A stretch of 64,000 nucleotides of DNA from Octopus bimaculoides (GCF_001194135.2 NC_068990.1:43447756-43511755), one strand, 5' to 3'; shown: positions 25,181-38,806, counted from the first letter of the stretch. Notes: generated by a model not told the origin, from the letters alone. A program made the numbers and translations.

Positions 25181-28100
25181 CTGTGATGGCCTGTAGGATT
25201 ATGATGAATAGACATGCAGTGTCTAGAAAATGAAGGATTGTGTGAATAAGTTGCATGTATATTCCATGCAATGGCACTGAATACATTTATTTAAAATGAA
25301 GCTGAAGAACAATACTTGTGAATAGAGTTTTGCACACTAAGATCAAATATGATAGGTTGCATATATCCAATGGCAAGTTGTTAATCACTTTTTGTCTTGC
25401 TCTTGCCACTTAAATAAAAAATTCTTCACTGAAGAGATTAATTAGACTGAAACATCGATCACTTTCACTAATTGCCTTTAAAGAGCAGATCCACTCATAT
25501 TTCCAGTGTCTTATGCTCAAAAATTTTGATCAGCTGATTTTATTGGCGTTATCTGGCTTGATAGTTGTTTTAGATTTTAATTACCCCTTCCTTGATGGTA
25601 CTTTTTCTAGTAATTACCGAGATAATTGCACTTACTGAATTTTTTTTCAGTTCACTGTATTCCATATGTGAGGCCATACTGTATTTGTACTGAGTATACA
25701 AAATATTCCCTTGAGGTATTTTCTCTGAGCCATGTTGTTGTGAGTAAACATCACCTACATTCACACTTCACACACACAGTTTAGTCTTGCCAAGTATTTT
25801 GTTTTAATGAAGAGGTCTAATAAAACTGAAACATGCTTCACTTTCACCCATTTCCTTTAAAGACAAACTAATCGAACTTGCATCATCTCTATTGCCCAAA
25901 AATTTCATTCATCTGATCTTATTGGATTTATCTCCCTTGCTGATTTGAAATTTGAAATACTCTTGTAGGTTTTAATTGCTTTAACATCCATTTTCTACGC
26001 CCGCATAGGTTGGACTGTTTGACAGGGACTGCATCAGGCTTTATTGTCACTTCTGGCATATTTTCTAAAGCTAGATGCCCTTTCTGACTTCAACCACTTT
26101 ACAGTGTACTGGGTGCTGTTTACATGGCACGAGTCCCAACCATATATGTGCTTAATATATAGCAAGTTCTCTTGGTATTTTCTCTCAGCTACATTGTTGA
26201 CATTCATAATCTTCATTATTATATTTCCCCGTCCCTTTTACCTTTCTATGTGTGTATGCATGTACTCTGCTTCTATTCTCCTCCTATCTCCCTTCTCATA
26301 CCTTGAGAGTCCTGCCCTGTTACATCATCCCCACCATCCTTTCTCCCTTTCCCGTGTATCTCCTCTACAAGACACCTATTCCTGTTCTTTCCTAATTTAG
26401 CCCCTCTACACCTGACGCAAAGCTGCTCCTTCCATGCTGCACACTTACACTGTCAAGGTGTTTTATCTTGTAAGTTATTTGGCAATTCTGTTAGCACTGT
26501 CTCATAAAAGCAACCCAGTGGTTGGCATTAGGAAGGGCATCCAGTCATAGAAACCTATCCAAAGTAGACACTGGAGACCAACATAGCCCTTGGACTAGTT
26601 GAACCAGCAAACACAAAACTTAGATGTTAAATGATATATATATATAATACCAATATGCTTTGTTATGGAAGTTAAATTTCTCTAAAACCTGTCTATTGTT
26701 TTCACTGGTTGCCTTCAAAGCCAGACCCACTCTTGCCTGCATTATTATCCAACTATTTCACTCTACTGATCTTATTACAATTATCTCTCCTTTTTTAGAT
26801 TTTGTGAGACCTAACTGTAGCTATTAAAATCCCGTTTAATTTGAGTTTATGTGTCTGCACAGTTGTCAGGTGCTTCTTTCCTAGACGGTAGAATATCAAC
26901 CCTATTTAGAAGGATATCCATTTCAATGATATGGTAAATTATGATTCATGTGGCAAATGGTTTGTAAAGTCAATGCTTCTGATGAAGTGAGAGGCATAAA
27001 TTGAGTGGGATTCACTGCATGTGCATTTTGAATTTTGAGATTTAAGTGTAGGTGTGGAGAAAGGTAGAACTGTCATTAGGCTTGTAATGAGAAGACAGTA
27101 TCTGGAGGAATGTGCACAAGACTAGACTTTGCTGATGATAAAAATGTATGGCTGAAATATATAGACAGATGCTGTTTGTATATATATGTTTGACTTACAC
27201 CAGCATGGAGATCAGGTATTTCCAATGGTGATGACATGTTCATGATTTCATACATGCTTTAAGATATTGTAGTCATTTTGCAGTTTGTGGGATCATGATG
27301 TAAATTTACCATGCAGCCATTCCTAGCAGTAAAAGCCATAAGATTATGAGATGCATGCAGATATGACCATGTGTAGGCAAATGATATCTACTGAACAGTA
27401 GATTGCAAGAATGCTGTATTCATTTATGAACTATGGTTACACTGAACATGAATTCATCATCTTGACGGATCAGTAAGTTTAATACCTTTATACTGAGCAG
27501 ACTACTAATGATGGATTTTAAAAGTTGTCTATCATTGTCTTGTGATACAAGGTTCATTATTTCATTTGACTTAGTATTGCTTTTTCAGTTTTTTAAACTT
27601 TTACTACAAGTTCTTGCACTTTAAGGTTTTGTGTCAAAGGATATGAACTCAGCACTGAAATTATTTGATAATTCCTATTTAATAGGAAAATGCCCAAATA
27701 ACTACATGCGCTTCAGAGTTTTCTTCTCAATTGTACTGTCTGGTAAGTATAGCTAGAGAAGCTTATTACACTTCAGCAATTACACTGGTAATTAAATATG
27801 AACTATCAGTATTTTAGTGACTCTATCTGTTACTGTTTCAGTTTGGCTGGATATATTCATGTTTGTTTTTATTTTGCCAAGTATTCAACCTTGTTTGTGA
27901 ATTAGATGAATAATTCAGTAAATGATTATCAAATACTGTTCAAATGTTTTAGCATTTCTGGAGCTATGTTTCAGGACTCATTTGCTCCTCTTGTCTTCAG
28001 CTTTGTAATTTAGTTGGTAATATTTTGTTTCATACAGAGGGCAGTGAGCTGACAGGATTATTAACACGTCAGACAAAATGCTTAGCAGCATTTCATGTCT

Positions 28101-29084
28101 TTACATCAGCTTTGCCTGTCATTCTTTCAGGGTCAATAAAATAAGTTCCAGTTGAACACTGGGGTCATGCTGGCCTGATGCCGAAATTTAAACCCAATAT
28201 TTTGTTTCATACTTATATCTGCTCCTCGTCTGTAATCCTTATCAGTAACATAGCTATGTGATGTCCTGTTTCCTATTGCCTAGTTATACACATTAGTATA
28301 CATAACCCAACTGTATACATTTCAAATGCATTTAGTCATGGAGAATTAATAAATCTGTTCATTTCTAATTGAGAAACCTTTTCTACTTCCTGTTTTGTTT
28401 GCTAGTCGTTTGTTTTCATATCAGTTTAAAAGTGCCCTTAACTGTTGCATCATCTATCTGTGAAACCCTTTTAATTAAATTTTTAAGTGCCTCCTAAAAC
28501 TTGTGATAAAATGCAGATGTTAAAAAAGCTCCAAGTTGGTTGTGATCTTGGTATGCACAGTGATATTTAAGAGATTGAGAATGTTAGGTATTTCTTAGTG
28601 CATTTAAATATGCTTCTAGACTACATAAGAATAAATAGATGTCCAGTGTAAAGTTTAGCCAAGGAAAACAAGGAACAAGATTGTAATTATCTTTGCTTGT
28701 TACAATGACGCTATCTAGTGAGTATCTATAACAATCTACTTAAGAGTTAGAGCTCTTGAAAATAATGCTATAAAAATGAAATTAATAACTGTTTAAAGGA
28801 AGTCCAACCCATGCCAGTATGGACAATGGTGACAATGATGATTTTCTGTATCATAAGAATTCTAAAATTTATCTCGTGTTCTTTTTGATCCTTTATTTTT
28901 AGTACCTTATGCCATCGACAAAACAGCATCTTTTTCAACCAGTCTGAAACCATCTGTTTAAAATGGAAAATTTAATCACGGAATTTGACAACTATCTTTG
29001 GTAAATGTAGCATACCAGAATGGAAAAGCTTTCAAATTTTGACAAATAAAGCTGCTGAGTTAAAACTAGTTAAAATGTGTGTGT

Positions 29085-29640
29085 GCTCACATGGCTAGGC
29101 GTTTAAAATGTTTGTTTCCCACCCTCATGGTTTTGGGTGGCACTTTGGCAAGTGTCTTCTGCTCTAGCCCCAGTCCAACCAAAGCATTGTAAGTGGATTC
29201 AGTCGGCAGAAACTTAATGAAGCCCATTGTATGTATATATGTGCATACATATCTTGCCTTTATTTTTTGTTATTAGACTGTGGTCATGCTGGGGCACCAC
29301 CTTGAAAGGTTTAATTGAACAAAACAACTCCATTAGATTTTTTTAAAGTCTGGTATATATTCTTTCAACCTCTTTTTATCAAACTGCTAAGTTAGAGGGG
29401 CATAAACAGACCAGCACCAGTTAACAAGTGATGGTAGGGGTCAGACACAGACAGATGTGTGTGTGTATATATATATATGTGTGTGTGTGTGTATGTATGT
29501 ATATATGCATACACACATACATAAACACACACATATACAATGAAATTCACTTTCAAGGCTTTGGTCTGGCTAAGGCCATAGTAGAAGACATTTGCCCAAG
29601 GTGTCATGCAGTGGGACTGAACCCAAAACTAGGTTGAGCA
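29085..29640. mobile_element. Two family A SINE copies in adjacent inverted orientation (+ 29085-29250, - 29270-29640)
   Basis: GGCAAGTGTCTTCT...ACCAAAGC core present on + at about 29145-29185 and on - at about 29555-29605. Confidence 0.7.
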
Positions 29641-30062
29641 GCAAGACCATCATCTGTGTCATTTAACCAGTGTCTTTATTTCCAATTTTTTGCAGAAATC
29701 TGTCCAGTCATGGGGAAATATTAACTTGCTTGGAAACAGGTTAGAGAATTTGACAGGAAGGGCATCAAGCTGTAGAAAATTTACCTCAGTGAACTCTGAC
29801 CTATGGAAGCATGGAGAAACAGATGTTACATAATGTATTGTGTGTATGTTTGCATTTAGATGTGAGTACCAGCTACAGATAGAACAAGTGCCCTGGTTGA
29901 CCATTTGAGCTAAGTACTGTTGCTAAGTGAAACTCATGCCATTCATTCCTTTTGAAGGAGATACTATAAATATTTAACTGTTCAATCTTATAGGTACAGG
30001 TTTGGCTGTGTGTTTAAGAATTTTAAGAATGAAATTGGTAGATGGAAACTGAATGGAAGTTT

Positions 30063-30428
30063 GTGTGGTAAGTAGCTTGCTTACCAGCCACATGGTTCTG
30101 GGTTCAGTCCCGTTGCGTGGCACCTTGGGCAAGTATCTTCTACTATAGCCTCGGGCCGATCAAAGCCTTGTGAGTGAATTTGGTAGACGGAAACTAAAAG
30201 AAGCCCATTGTATCTATGTATATATATGTGTCTGTGTTTGTCTCCCCAACATAGCTTGACAACCGATGCTGGTGTGCTTACGTCCCCGTAACTTAACAGT
30301 TCGGCAAAAGAAACCAATAGAATAAGTACTAGGCTTACAAAGAATAAGTCCTGGGGTTGATTTGCTCGACTAAAGGCAGTGCTCCTGCATGGCCGCAGTC
30401 AAATGACTGAAACAAGTAAAGAGAGTAT
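30063..30428 (+). mobile_element. SINE family A, young, running into the gap
   Basis: High similarity to the 6455-6854 copy. Confidence 0.9.
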
Positions 30429-30584
30429 NNNNNNNNNNNNNNNNNNNNNNNNNNNNNNNNNNNNNNNNNNNNNNNNNNNNNNNNNNNNNNNNNNNNNNNN
30501 NNNNNNNNNNNNNNNNNNNNNNNNNNNNNNNNNNNNNNNNNNNNNNNNNNNNNNNNNNNNNNNNNNNNNNNNNNNNNNNNNNNN
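30429..30584. other. Assembly gap
   Basis: N run. Confidence 1.
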
Positions 30585-31479
30585 ATATATTTCATGTTAT
30601 TTGCTCCATTGGTGACATCCTGTACCCATATATGTATGGAATTTACCATTTCTGCCTCGTGCATGAGGTCATCAGAGCTAAAAAAAAGAAAAAATTTTGT
30701 TTTGCTTACATTCTTAATGAAGATCATGTCCCATAGCTCAGTGCTCTAAAAGTAGTGGGATAAAAACTGGGACAGCATGTAGTCATAAAAAGTATTGCTG
30801 TAAAACAAATGAATGAATGTATAAAGAAAAAACTACTTATCATATTGGAAAGATAACTATGTTAAAAGAAATTTCTAGTTTAACTTTGCTCATCCTAATT
30901 TTTCTTTGTGTGTGTGTGTATACACATTAAAACCTTAATCTACAATTTTTTGAATATCTACTTGCAGTGTGCAACACTTAAAGATTTATATATACATATA
31001 TCATTATTTTAGCATCAACTTTTTCATGCTTATGTGTGTCAAATGGAGTTTATTGAAGTAGATTTTCTATGGCCAAATACATTTCGTGTTGCCAACCCTC
31101 ACCTGTTTCCAAGCAAGGTAATTTCCCCATGGGCAGACATGTTTTCACAAAATATTTAAAATGAATGACACTGCTTGTATGACTGATACATGTTTACAGC
31201 TATCATGTGATGTCAAGGTAAGGTGGTACAAAAATAGGGCTGAACTTGAAACCATGTGGTTAAGAAGCAAACTTCTTTACCTCACAGTGAAGCCTGCACA
31301 TGTATGTGTGTCAGGAAAGCAGTTTGATCATTATTGATAGTTTCTGAGATGCTGAAAAACATTAAGCAATATACAGTATGCATAATCAGCTGTTATTTTC
31401 CATACCTGGCATAGCAGTATTGTCATCACTGCTACAGTGGCATAGAAAATGCTGTAGAAGCAACTATAGTGGTCTCAAA

Positions 31480-32310
31480 TTAATGGACCAAGTTATGAAT
31501 GTTACAGAAAGTTATACCACAGCTGATTAAGAAGAGATTTAACTTAGATGGCATTTTGAGTGAAAACAGCGCTGATGAGGTTTTCATAGTGAGATAACTA
31601 TAGTAGTTCTTAGCAAATAGCACACTGTTTCTAGCATTCATTGTGAAGAAGACTTTTGGCAAGAGTATCATGCTGTGTAATTTGGTGGCCACTAAGGATA
31701 CTAGTTGTTGATGAATAGCTTGTGAGAACTGTGCTGTCAGTAAGGTAAGAGTGTGCATACTTTCAAGGTGCAATAAGGTGAGTATAAGAGAGAATACAGA
31801 CAAAGAATCAGGAAGGACAAGTGATTAGAGATGGATATAGAGGTGAATGAGGAAATGGTGGAGTTGTGATCAAATGTCTTCAAATGCTTCTTAGTAAGGT
31901 GACAGCTTCTGTTATCCAGGTGACTAAACTAGGTGTATGGGAAGGTGTTCCAAGGGCATAGCATCCAGAGTAAGAATAGGATGGAAAATGTTTTGAATGT
32001 TATCTCTGCTTGCAGTAAAATATGGTCATTGAATGCTAGAAAGTTTTGAAATGAATATGCTTCTACTGGATGTGAACCATGGTGCTCAGATGAATTGAGC
32101 AAAGAGAAATTGGGTGTGTACTAAGAAAAGATTTTGCTGTTGTGGGCATGGAGGGTGACAGTTGCATAAAGAAGTGATCAGTGGTCCATGTGAAGGAACC
32201 TGCAGAAGAGAAAGAAGTGGTGAGAACTAAGCCCAGGGATTTGCTCCTTACAAAGGAACAAATGATTACAAGTAGTGTGGCACTGTAATGTGTAACTCAG
32301 AAAAGTCCAA
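31480..32310 (-). mobile_element. Degenerate LINE fragment (probably APE endonuclease region)
   Basis: Minus-strand remnants such as VTLHAHNSKIFS (decayed GDFNAHH-like); heavily mutated. Confidence 0.4.
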
Positions 32311-34795
32311 CCAATATTAAAGTGGAAAAACAAATGTAAATTAGAATTATGTATTATCATTTAACGTCCATCTTCCATGCATGCATGGGTTGAACGGTTT
32401 GACAGGAGCTGGCCAGACAGAAGACTGCACCAGACTTCTGTGTCTGTTTTGGCACAATTATTACAGCTGGATGCCGTTCCTAACACCAACCACTTCACAG
32501 AGTGGACTAGGTTCTTTATATATATATTACACACACACACACAAGAAAGAGAATATGGCATAAATGTGCTCTAAGAAATTAGATCTAGATGCATTCATAA
32601 GTTGATTAAGATTGTTTACCATCAAAATCTAGACAGTGTTTATCATTTGATATCTATCTGATCATACTGTTAAAAGTATCTGGAGGTAAACCAGGTCAAC
32701 ATATGTGGTGGATGGTATAATTTTTAAGTATACTCGTTCATAAATAACACTGATTGACAAGCAATATTGTTCATTTTAGATTGTATAGCAAACAATTCAA
32801 TTAGTTCATATTCACTCAATAAACCAAATTCATTGACTTTCTCCTCTCTCTGTTGCATTTTAAAATGAAGTTTGAAGAAAGTTGTAGATACTTCCATAAA
32901 AATGTACTTAGTACAAGGATTAAATTGTACATATTAGTTAAGAAATATTGGTTGCTTGTATTATGGAAAAAAAAAGACATTTTGTTGAATAGAGAATTGA
33001 TGAAGCTTATAAAAACATGATTAATAAGCTAAGATAATATTGGTTTGCCTAGATAAAGTGAATTTCAGAGCTATAATGCCTTCTAATGAAGAAAGGATAG
33101 TTGCACAGCCCAACTTGCAGCAGTGTGAAAGACTATAGACGATATTCAGGCAAAAATGTAAATTGCATATATATATATCTCAGTTCAGCTTATTAGTAGT
33201 ATAGGTTTTGTCAATAAAAGAGTGTTCTGTTAGATAAGGACAATTTCCATTAGTCTACATACCTGGAGAATATATTAGTTTATTCATATGGTATTTTTAT
33301 TTTCTACTTTTTTTTTTTATTCTAACCAGTTCAGTTGTAATATGCTTCCATTCTTGAATTGAAATGAAACATTACTCAATATCTAGTGATAAAAAATTTC
33401 ATTTTAAATTCTAGTGAAGTGTTAAAAAGGAAATTGTATAACAAAATCTAGTTTTCAATTTTGATATTAATTAAATCCAGTAATGTTTATTGCCACTTCA
33501 GTATAGCTGTTTGTAGGAACCAATGATACTACTGTTTTTAACCTCAGGAGGAGCGAACCCCTACCATCTTCTAGCACCGACAATGGGACCACCTGATAGT
33601 CTGTTTTCAAGCTATTTGTGCTCAACCTTAGTGGTGGACACCCATCCACGAGAGATAGCAGTAGTTTGCTCCAGCTTGCAAGATATAGAAAAATAATGAC
33701 AACCAATCACTGAGCGTGCAACTAGCTACTTTGGTTATAAAATCCAATAAATTTTGCAAAAAAGTTGCTTCAAAAATACAAAACAAGATTATTAATTCAC
33801 TGCTTTCTTAGTGGATAAGCTTACAAAATAATATACTTCTACACATCTCTATTCTGATCACTGTCTAACTATGGTAGCTATTTCTACTTCATGTTGTGGC
33901 ACTTTGTGCTTCAACTTATCCATTTTCTTGATATGTCCATACTGGTGCAGAAGTCTCTTAATTACTTATGGCAATCCTTCTGACAATCTCATTCATTTTG
34001 TATTGTGTTCAGCTCTGACTTGTGCTTCATAGTTGTAAAATAGTGTGTGTTGTCTGAAAAACTAGGTTGAAAGGAATCATCTGTATACTCTTTCCTCATT
34101 GTGTTCACTGCTAATTCTAACATTACTTTTAGAACCTTTATGTGTATTCTAAGAGCTTATTAGGCCTCATTGTGACCCCTTCATCTACATCTTTCCTTCA
34201 TTTACCAGTGAATCAAAGTAAAATTGGCAAGGAAGTCAAAATTCAAAAATTAAACACAAATTGTATTCAGTTCTTTCTTTTCCTCTCAAAGAATTGAGTT
34301 CATGTATCTGCTAACAAATATGAAATATATTAAATCCAAAGTCATTCTTTTGTAGATGGGGAATCCAGAAATCAAATTACTTTTAATCAAAGTTTGAGTG
34401 GTGGATCTTCTTGAAGTATGCAACAAATTGCTTGGTGTTTTGTGTTATTGTCTACAAAAATGAATTCAATAATCTCAAGAAAAGTAGTATTATCAGTTTT
34501 ACAATATCGTATCTCTCAACTCTATTGCTGCCTTGCTTTACTTCATATCCTCTGGCCTTTACTCATCATTATCAAGATCCCTTAACTAATGCAGTCAGTC
34601 GTTGGGGTGCCACTTTAAACGTTTTTGCAAAAAGCCATTACCACTGTTCTCTATCATGTAGCAGGTTCACAGTGTTGTGAACTGTCTAGTCTTTGTTGTC
34701 AAACCAGAATTTTTTGTCTGCCTTTCTTTCATCCTCTCTCAATTTTGCCCTCAAGAATGGTTATAGGTTGGAAGTTGTGGCAGGATACTCTCGTT

Positions 34796-34985
34796 TACTC
34801 TTTTACTTGTTTCAGTCAGTTGACTGTGGCCATGCTGGAGCACCGCCTTTAGTCGAGCAAATCGACCCCGGGACTTATTCTCTGTAAGTCTAGTACTTAT
34901 TCTATCGGTCTCTTTTGCCGAACCGCTAAGTTACGGGGACGTAAACACACCAGCATCAGTTGTCAAGTGATGTTGGGGAGGACAA

Positions 34986-35022
<37 letters not shown>

Positions 35023-35185
35023 CGATGGGCTTCTTTCAGTTTCCATCTACCAAATCCATTCACAAGGCTTTGGTCGGCCCAAGGCTATAGTAGAAGACAC
35101 TTGCCCAAGGTGCCACGCAGTGGAACTGAACCTGGAACTATGTGGTTCGTAAGCAAGCTACTTAACACACAGCCACTCCTACGCC
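34796..35185 (-). mobile_element. SINE family A, full length, young
   Basis: Nearly the same sequence and orientation as 13-408. Confidence 0.92.
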
Positions 35186-35199
35186 TATGATAAGTGACT

Positions 35200-37100
35200 A
35201 TCATGCAAGCTTTTGTTTTTTTTATCTACACAAGAATTAGTTCCTGTCTGCCAGCCTATTTGTTGACTTATTGCCTAACAAAGCTGTTCGTTTTGTGTTC
35301 TGCCTTCCTCTTAAGTCTGCTTAGCAGAACTCTTAGCAATAATTTACTGGAATGGCTAATTAGGCTGACTGTTCTTTACTCATGGCAGAGTCTTTGGTTG
35401 TTTTCTTGGGAATGGTTATCATCAGTGATTGAGTCCACTCCTTTGGCCACAGCTTCATCTCCCATATCTTCTGTTAGTGCCTTGATAAGCTTCATCTAAT
35501 ATAATAAATGCAAAAACTAATTTCTGTGTCACATCTTGAGCCCTTCTCACACTATTCAATGACTCTTCTACTATTCCTCATGATGGAGTGAGAGTAATAG
35601 TAGGTATAGAGATGGTGAGGGTGGTGGCAAAAATAGAGAGAGAGAGAAAAAAAGAGACAGAAATTTAGTGGCAGTGGGAGTAATAGTAAGAGAGAGAAAG
35701 AGGGCGATGATGTACAACTTTGTTTAACCATATCTTTTTGACAAATTCCTGTGGCCAACATACTGAACACTATCATTTTTGTCTTATTTTTTGCTTTCTT
35801 TAATACATATATATATATAGAAACACATATATATAAAATACACTTTAATTGAAATAAAGTTTCCCCAAAATTAAACATCTAATGTAATAAATGTGAATGT
35901 CAGTGTGTCACACTTTTTCAACTTTACTCCAAGAGGCCGTAGCCCAACATATCATACCATTATGGAATCAGGCTGATTCCACGAATAAATTAAAAACATT
36001 CCGGGCCGAATCCAGGCCCACAATCCTGAAATTTTGGATTCCCAAGTTTTCATTACTGTGATTGTTTCCGGGGATTTTTTTACGTGACTTTTTGAGACAA
36101 ATTTTTTTGTATGATAACAATTTTTATAATATTAAGGCTAACTCCGCAAGTAAATTAAAAACACTCTGGATTGAATCTGTACCTGCAATCCTGAAATCCT
36201 ATGTTTTCATTACTGCGATTCTTTTCAGCAATTTTTTTTACATGATTTTTTGAGACAAATATTATCATCATTGGGATATGACTGAAGGAAGCAATTGCAA
36301 CAAATTCTCCAAAACAAGTCGGAGATCTGTTTGCAGATCTTCCTATTTGGGGTCGGTTGCTTAAAAGTTATATACTAACTTTTAAGCTAGTCTCCCATAA
36401 CTTCTGATGAGTAACTGTTAGTGCCTTGATAAGCTTTGGCCCTTTTTGTTTTAGGAGGTTTAATGAGGTGTTATCCACTCCTAGGGGCATCTCATCTATG
36501 AACATACACACTGCCTCTTTGACTCCCTCCTGGAAAATTGGGGTATCATTCAGTTCTCTATTGTTGTTGGAACTGTCTAAGACACATTGCTATCATGTCT
36601 TAGTTTGTGATTGTAAGGGTCTTTACATTACTCAGACCATTTTTTGATGACATCATTCTCATCCATGAGGAGCAGGCCTGTTTTGTCCTCAATTGTAGTG
36701 GTGGTGTGTTTCTTTGTTTTTAAGATTTTGAGGTTTTCACAAGCAGCCTCATTCTTCTTTATCCCATCTTTGATAATTTTGCACTGGTCTGCTACCCATT
36801 CCTCTTTGGCTCTCCTCATTTTCTTCCTAACCTTCCTATTGACAGCATTGCATTACTGATTTACATCTTGACTCATTAGCATGGTTTTCCTCAGGACCCA
36901 TGACTTCTTTTTCCTTCTTCTTCATAAGCATGTATAGCATCATTTCTTGAAGTGCTTCCTTACTATTCACATCTTATTGTCATTATACTATCTTTGAACT
37001 TGGTGTCAGTATCCACTGACACCTAGTTCATTTGTACTCATCTTTTTTCATCATAAACATGATACATCCACAAAGACTTGGAAAATATCTACTGGATTGC
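35200..37100 (-). mobile_element. RTE LINE fragment (linker and RT N-terminus), split by insertions at about 35480-36390
   Basis: RRAKEEWVADQCKII...IEDKTGLLL...VIKKWSE (36628-36819) and RTVSLISHSSKLLLRVLLSRLKRKAE (about 35280-35360). Confidence 0.8.
35930..36390. repeat. Unclassified CpG-containing insert with a diverged tandem duplication and two short hairpins
   Basis: Units at about 35972-36101 and 36137-36260 share TAAATTAAAAACA...AATCCTGAAAT...TTTTCATTACTG...TTTTTGAGACAAAT. Hairpins at 36321-36343 and 36359-36387. Confidence 0.6.
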
Positions 37101-38421
37101 TTAGTGTTAATATGATTATTCTTTTAGTCTTTTGATACATTCTGTGAAAACTATTCATAAACCATTCACCAAAACTCTTTCTTTTGCTTGCTGTAATAGT
37201 GTGAAACCATGTCAAATATTTGAATTTGTTTTTATTTTAACAAATATTACTTCTGAATAAGAATTCTTAAGTGCTTACTAGGAATTTGCATTCTTGTACA
37301 AACCACAGTAGCTTATGTATGTGGGTGTTGCTTTCCCCAATGCACACAGGCATGGTGGAGTGATTTATGAGTTTGTTTCACTATCATACAGTTGCAGGTG
37401 CAATCTCACTGCATGGCACCTTATGGTGTCTTTTACTAAAGCTGCTGGTCAGCTCAGCCCTCAGTGTGAAATTGAATAGACACAAATATCTGTGGAAGCC
37501 CATACAATGAATTGTACCTGTAATTCAAAGATCCAGCCTTCTCAAGTTGATTGGCACGCATGTCTGTGGAATACTAAGCACTTCTTGTTAATTTAACATG
37601 TTCTGTTGACTGAATTACTCATATACACCTTGTTGAAACTGATGGGAATCCATTTACATTACTTACATACAATTTGAACACTGTCATTTATATTTTAACA
37701 TTTTCCTGGTGATATGGATTGAATGGGTCTGCAATAAAAGCATTCCTCCATAAATTTGTCATTTGTGAGGGTTGACTCAACTACTAATTTCCCAAGTTCC
37801 ACTTTGTCTATATCAAACTACATTGACTGAGAACTAGTTCATTTGTACTCGTCTTTTTTCATATGTTAATGACACATCCACAAAGTCTATTCCACTACAA
37901 TTGCTGCAAATTTCTTTTTATTCACTCAGTACAGTACTACATCTAGGTTTTATGTGGCTACTTATTGTTGGTGAATATGTCTGACAGTATTGTGTGTGTG
38001 TGTGTGGAGGAATTTCTTGTGTTTTAAGTGAGCTACTTTGGCAAGTAGTCCTGGGCAAGACAAACTGCATCCAGTGGTGAGGCTCCATCTCAGGCATTCA
38101 AGTGTTTTGGCAAGTATGGGCTTACCCTTCAATCATAACTATTCCCAGATCTACTTTCCCAGAGTTGTACCTGTTATGGGTCAAATAGCAGGAGATGGTC
38201 CTGTGGCTCTGCTATACAGAGCTTGGAGGAGGGTTGATTCCTTAGACATGTCATCTAGGCTTAGTGTGTAAACATGTTCTAATGTCATGAAAATCAGTTC
38301 TCTTCCCTTAATATTTAATAGGTCCTATGCCTCATCATTAATCTTGAGAAAGCTACAGTCTGTTAGCAGAAACTGTAAATAAACTAGCAGAGGGTTACAA
38401 GAAACCTTTGCCATATCTTAC

Positions 38422-38472
38422 CTAAGAAAATTTCTGAATCTTCAGAATTTTGCATGCTGGTCCTTTGATTGT
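38422..38472 (-). other. Candidate 51-nt minus-strand exon
   Basis: Long pyrimidine tract plus CAG acceptor and TAG/GTAAGA donor. Only phase 1 is open (NQRTSMQNSEDSEIFL). Confidence 0.2.
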
Positions 38473-38806
38473 CTGTAGGCACAGCATATGAAGAAGGAAA
38501 GAAGGGCAAGGGAGATTTAAATAACAAACATTACTTATCATAATGATGATCAACTATAAACAATGGTTCTTGTTATGATTCTATTGGAATAAGTATGCTT
38601 CAAGTGAACAATAAGATTATCGTTGAGATTGATTTGTTGATTAGAATAGGTCCTTCTTATCTGAAAGTTGACAGTCATTAACATAACTAAGGCTATAATA
38701 TCGCAATCAAAGGTTCTGTCTATTGGCCCATATTGTTTCTTTTTCCTAAATTGTAAGAATAGGTTCAGAGAAGAGAAAAATGAACATAGTTTAAATATAT
38801 TGTCAG

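Larger units (their letters stand above)
25636..30677 (-). other. Three candidate minus-strand exons (30677-30647, 28953-28906, 25689-25636) that join in one open frame
   Basis: Canonical AG/GT ends, with a strong T-rich acceptor at 30678 and GTAAGT donor at 25635. Joined peptide SDDLMHEAEM-MVSDWLKKMLFCRWHK-YKYSMASHMEYSELKKNS. Picked by eye, so chance is not excluded. Confidence 0.2.

Noticed and set aside
26885-27742. In-frame TGA read as selenocysteine (TVEYQPYLEGYPFQ-U-YGKCPNNY) across two + strand exon candidates
   Set aside because: Matches no selenoprotein motif I know, no SECIS was identified, and other acceptors give stop-free frames.
30625-30677. Hammerhead-like string on minus (CTGATGA-CCTC/GAGG-CA-GAAA-TGG/CCA-TA)
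   Set aside because: Two extra bases before GAAA and no stem I; better explained as chance or an exon.
33467-33706. GC-richer unique block with open frames on both strands (GANPYHLLAPTMGPPDSLF... on +, LLLSLVDGCPPL... on -)
   Set aside because: Exon-like, but strand and frame cannot be decided and no homology was recognised, so no CDS is called.
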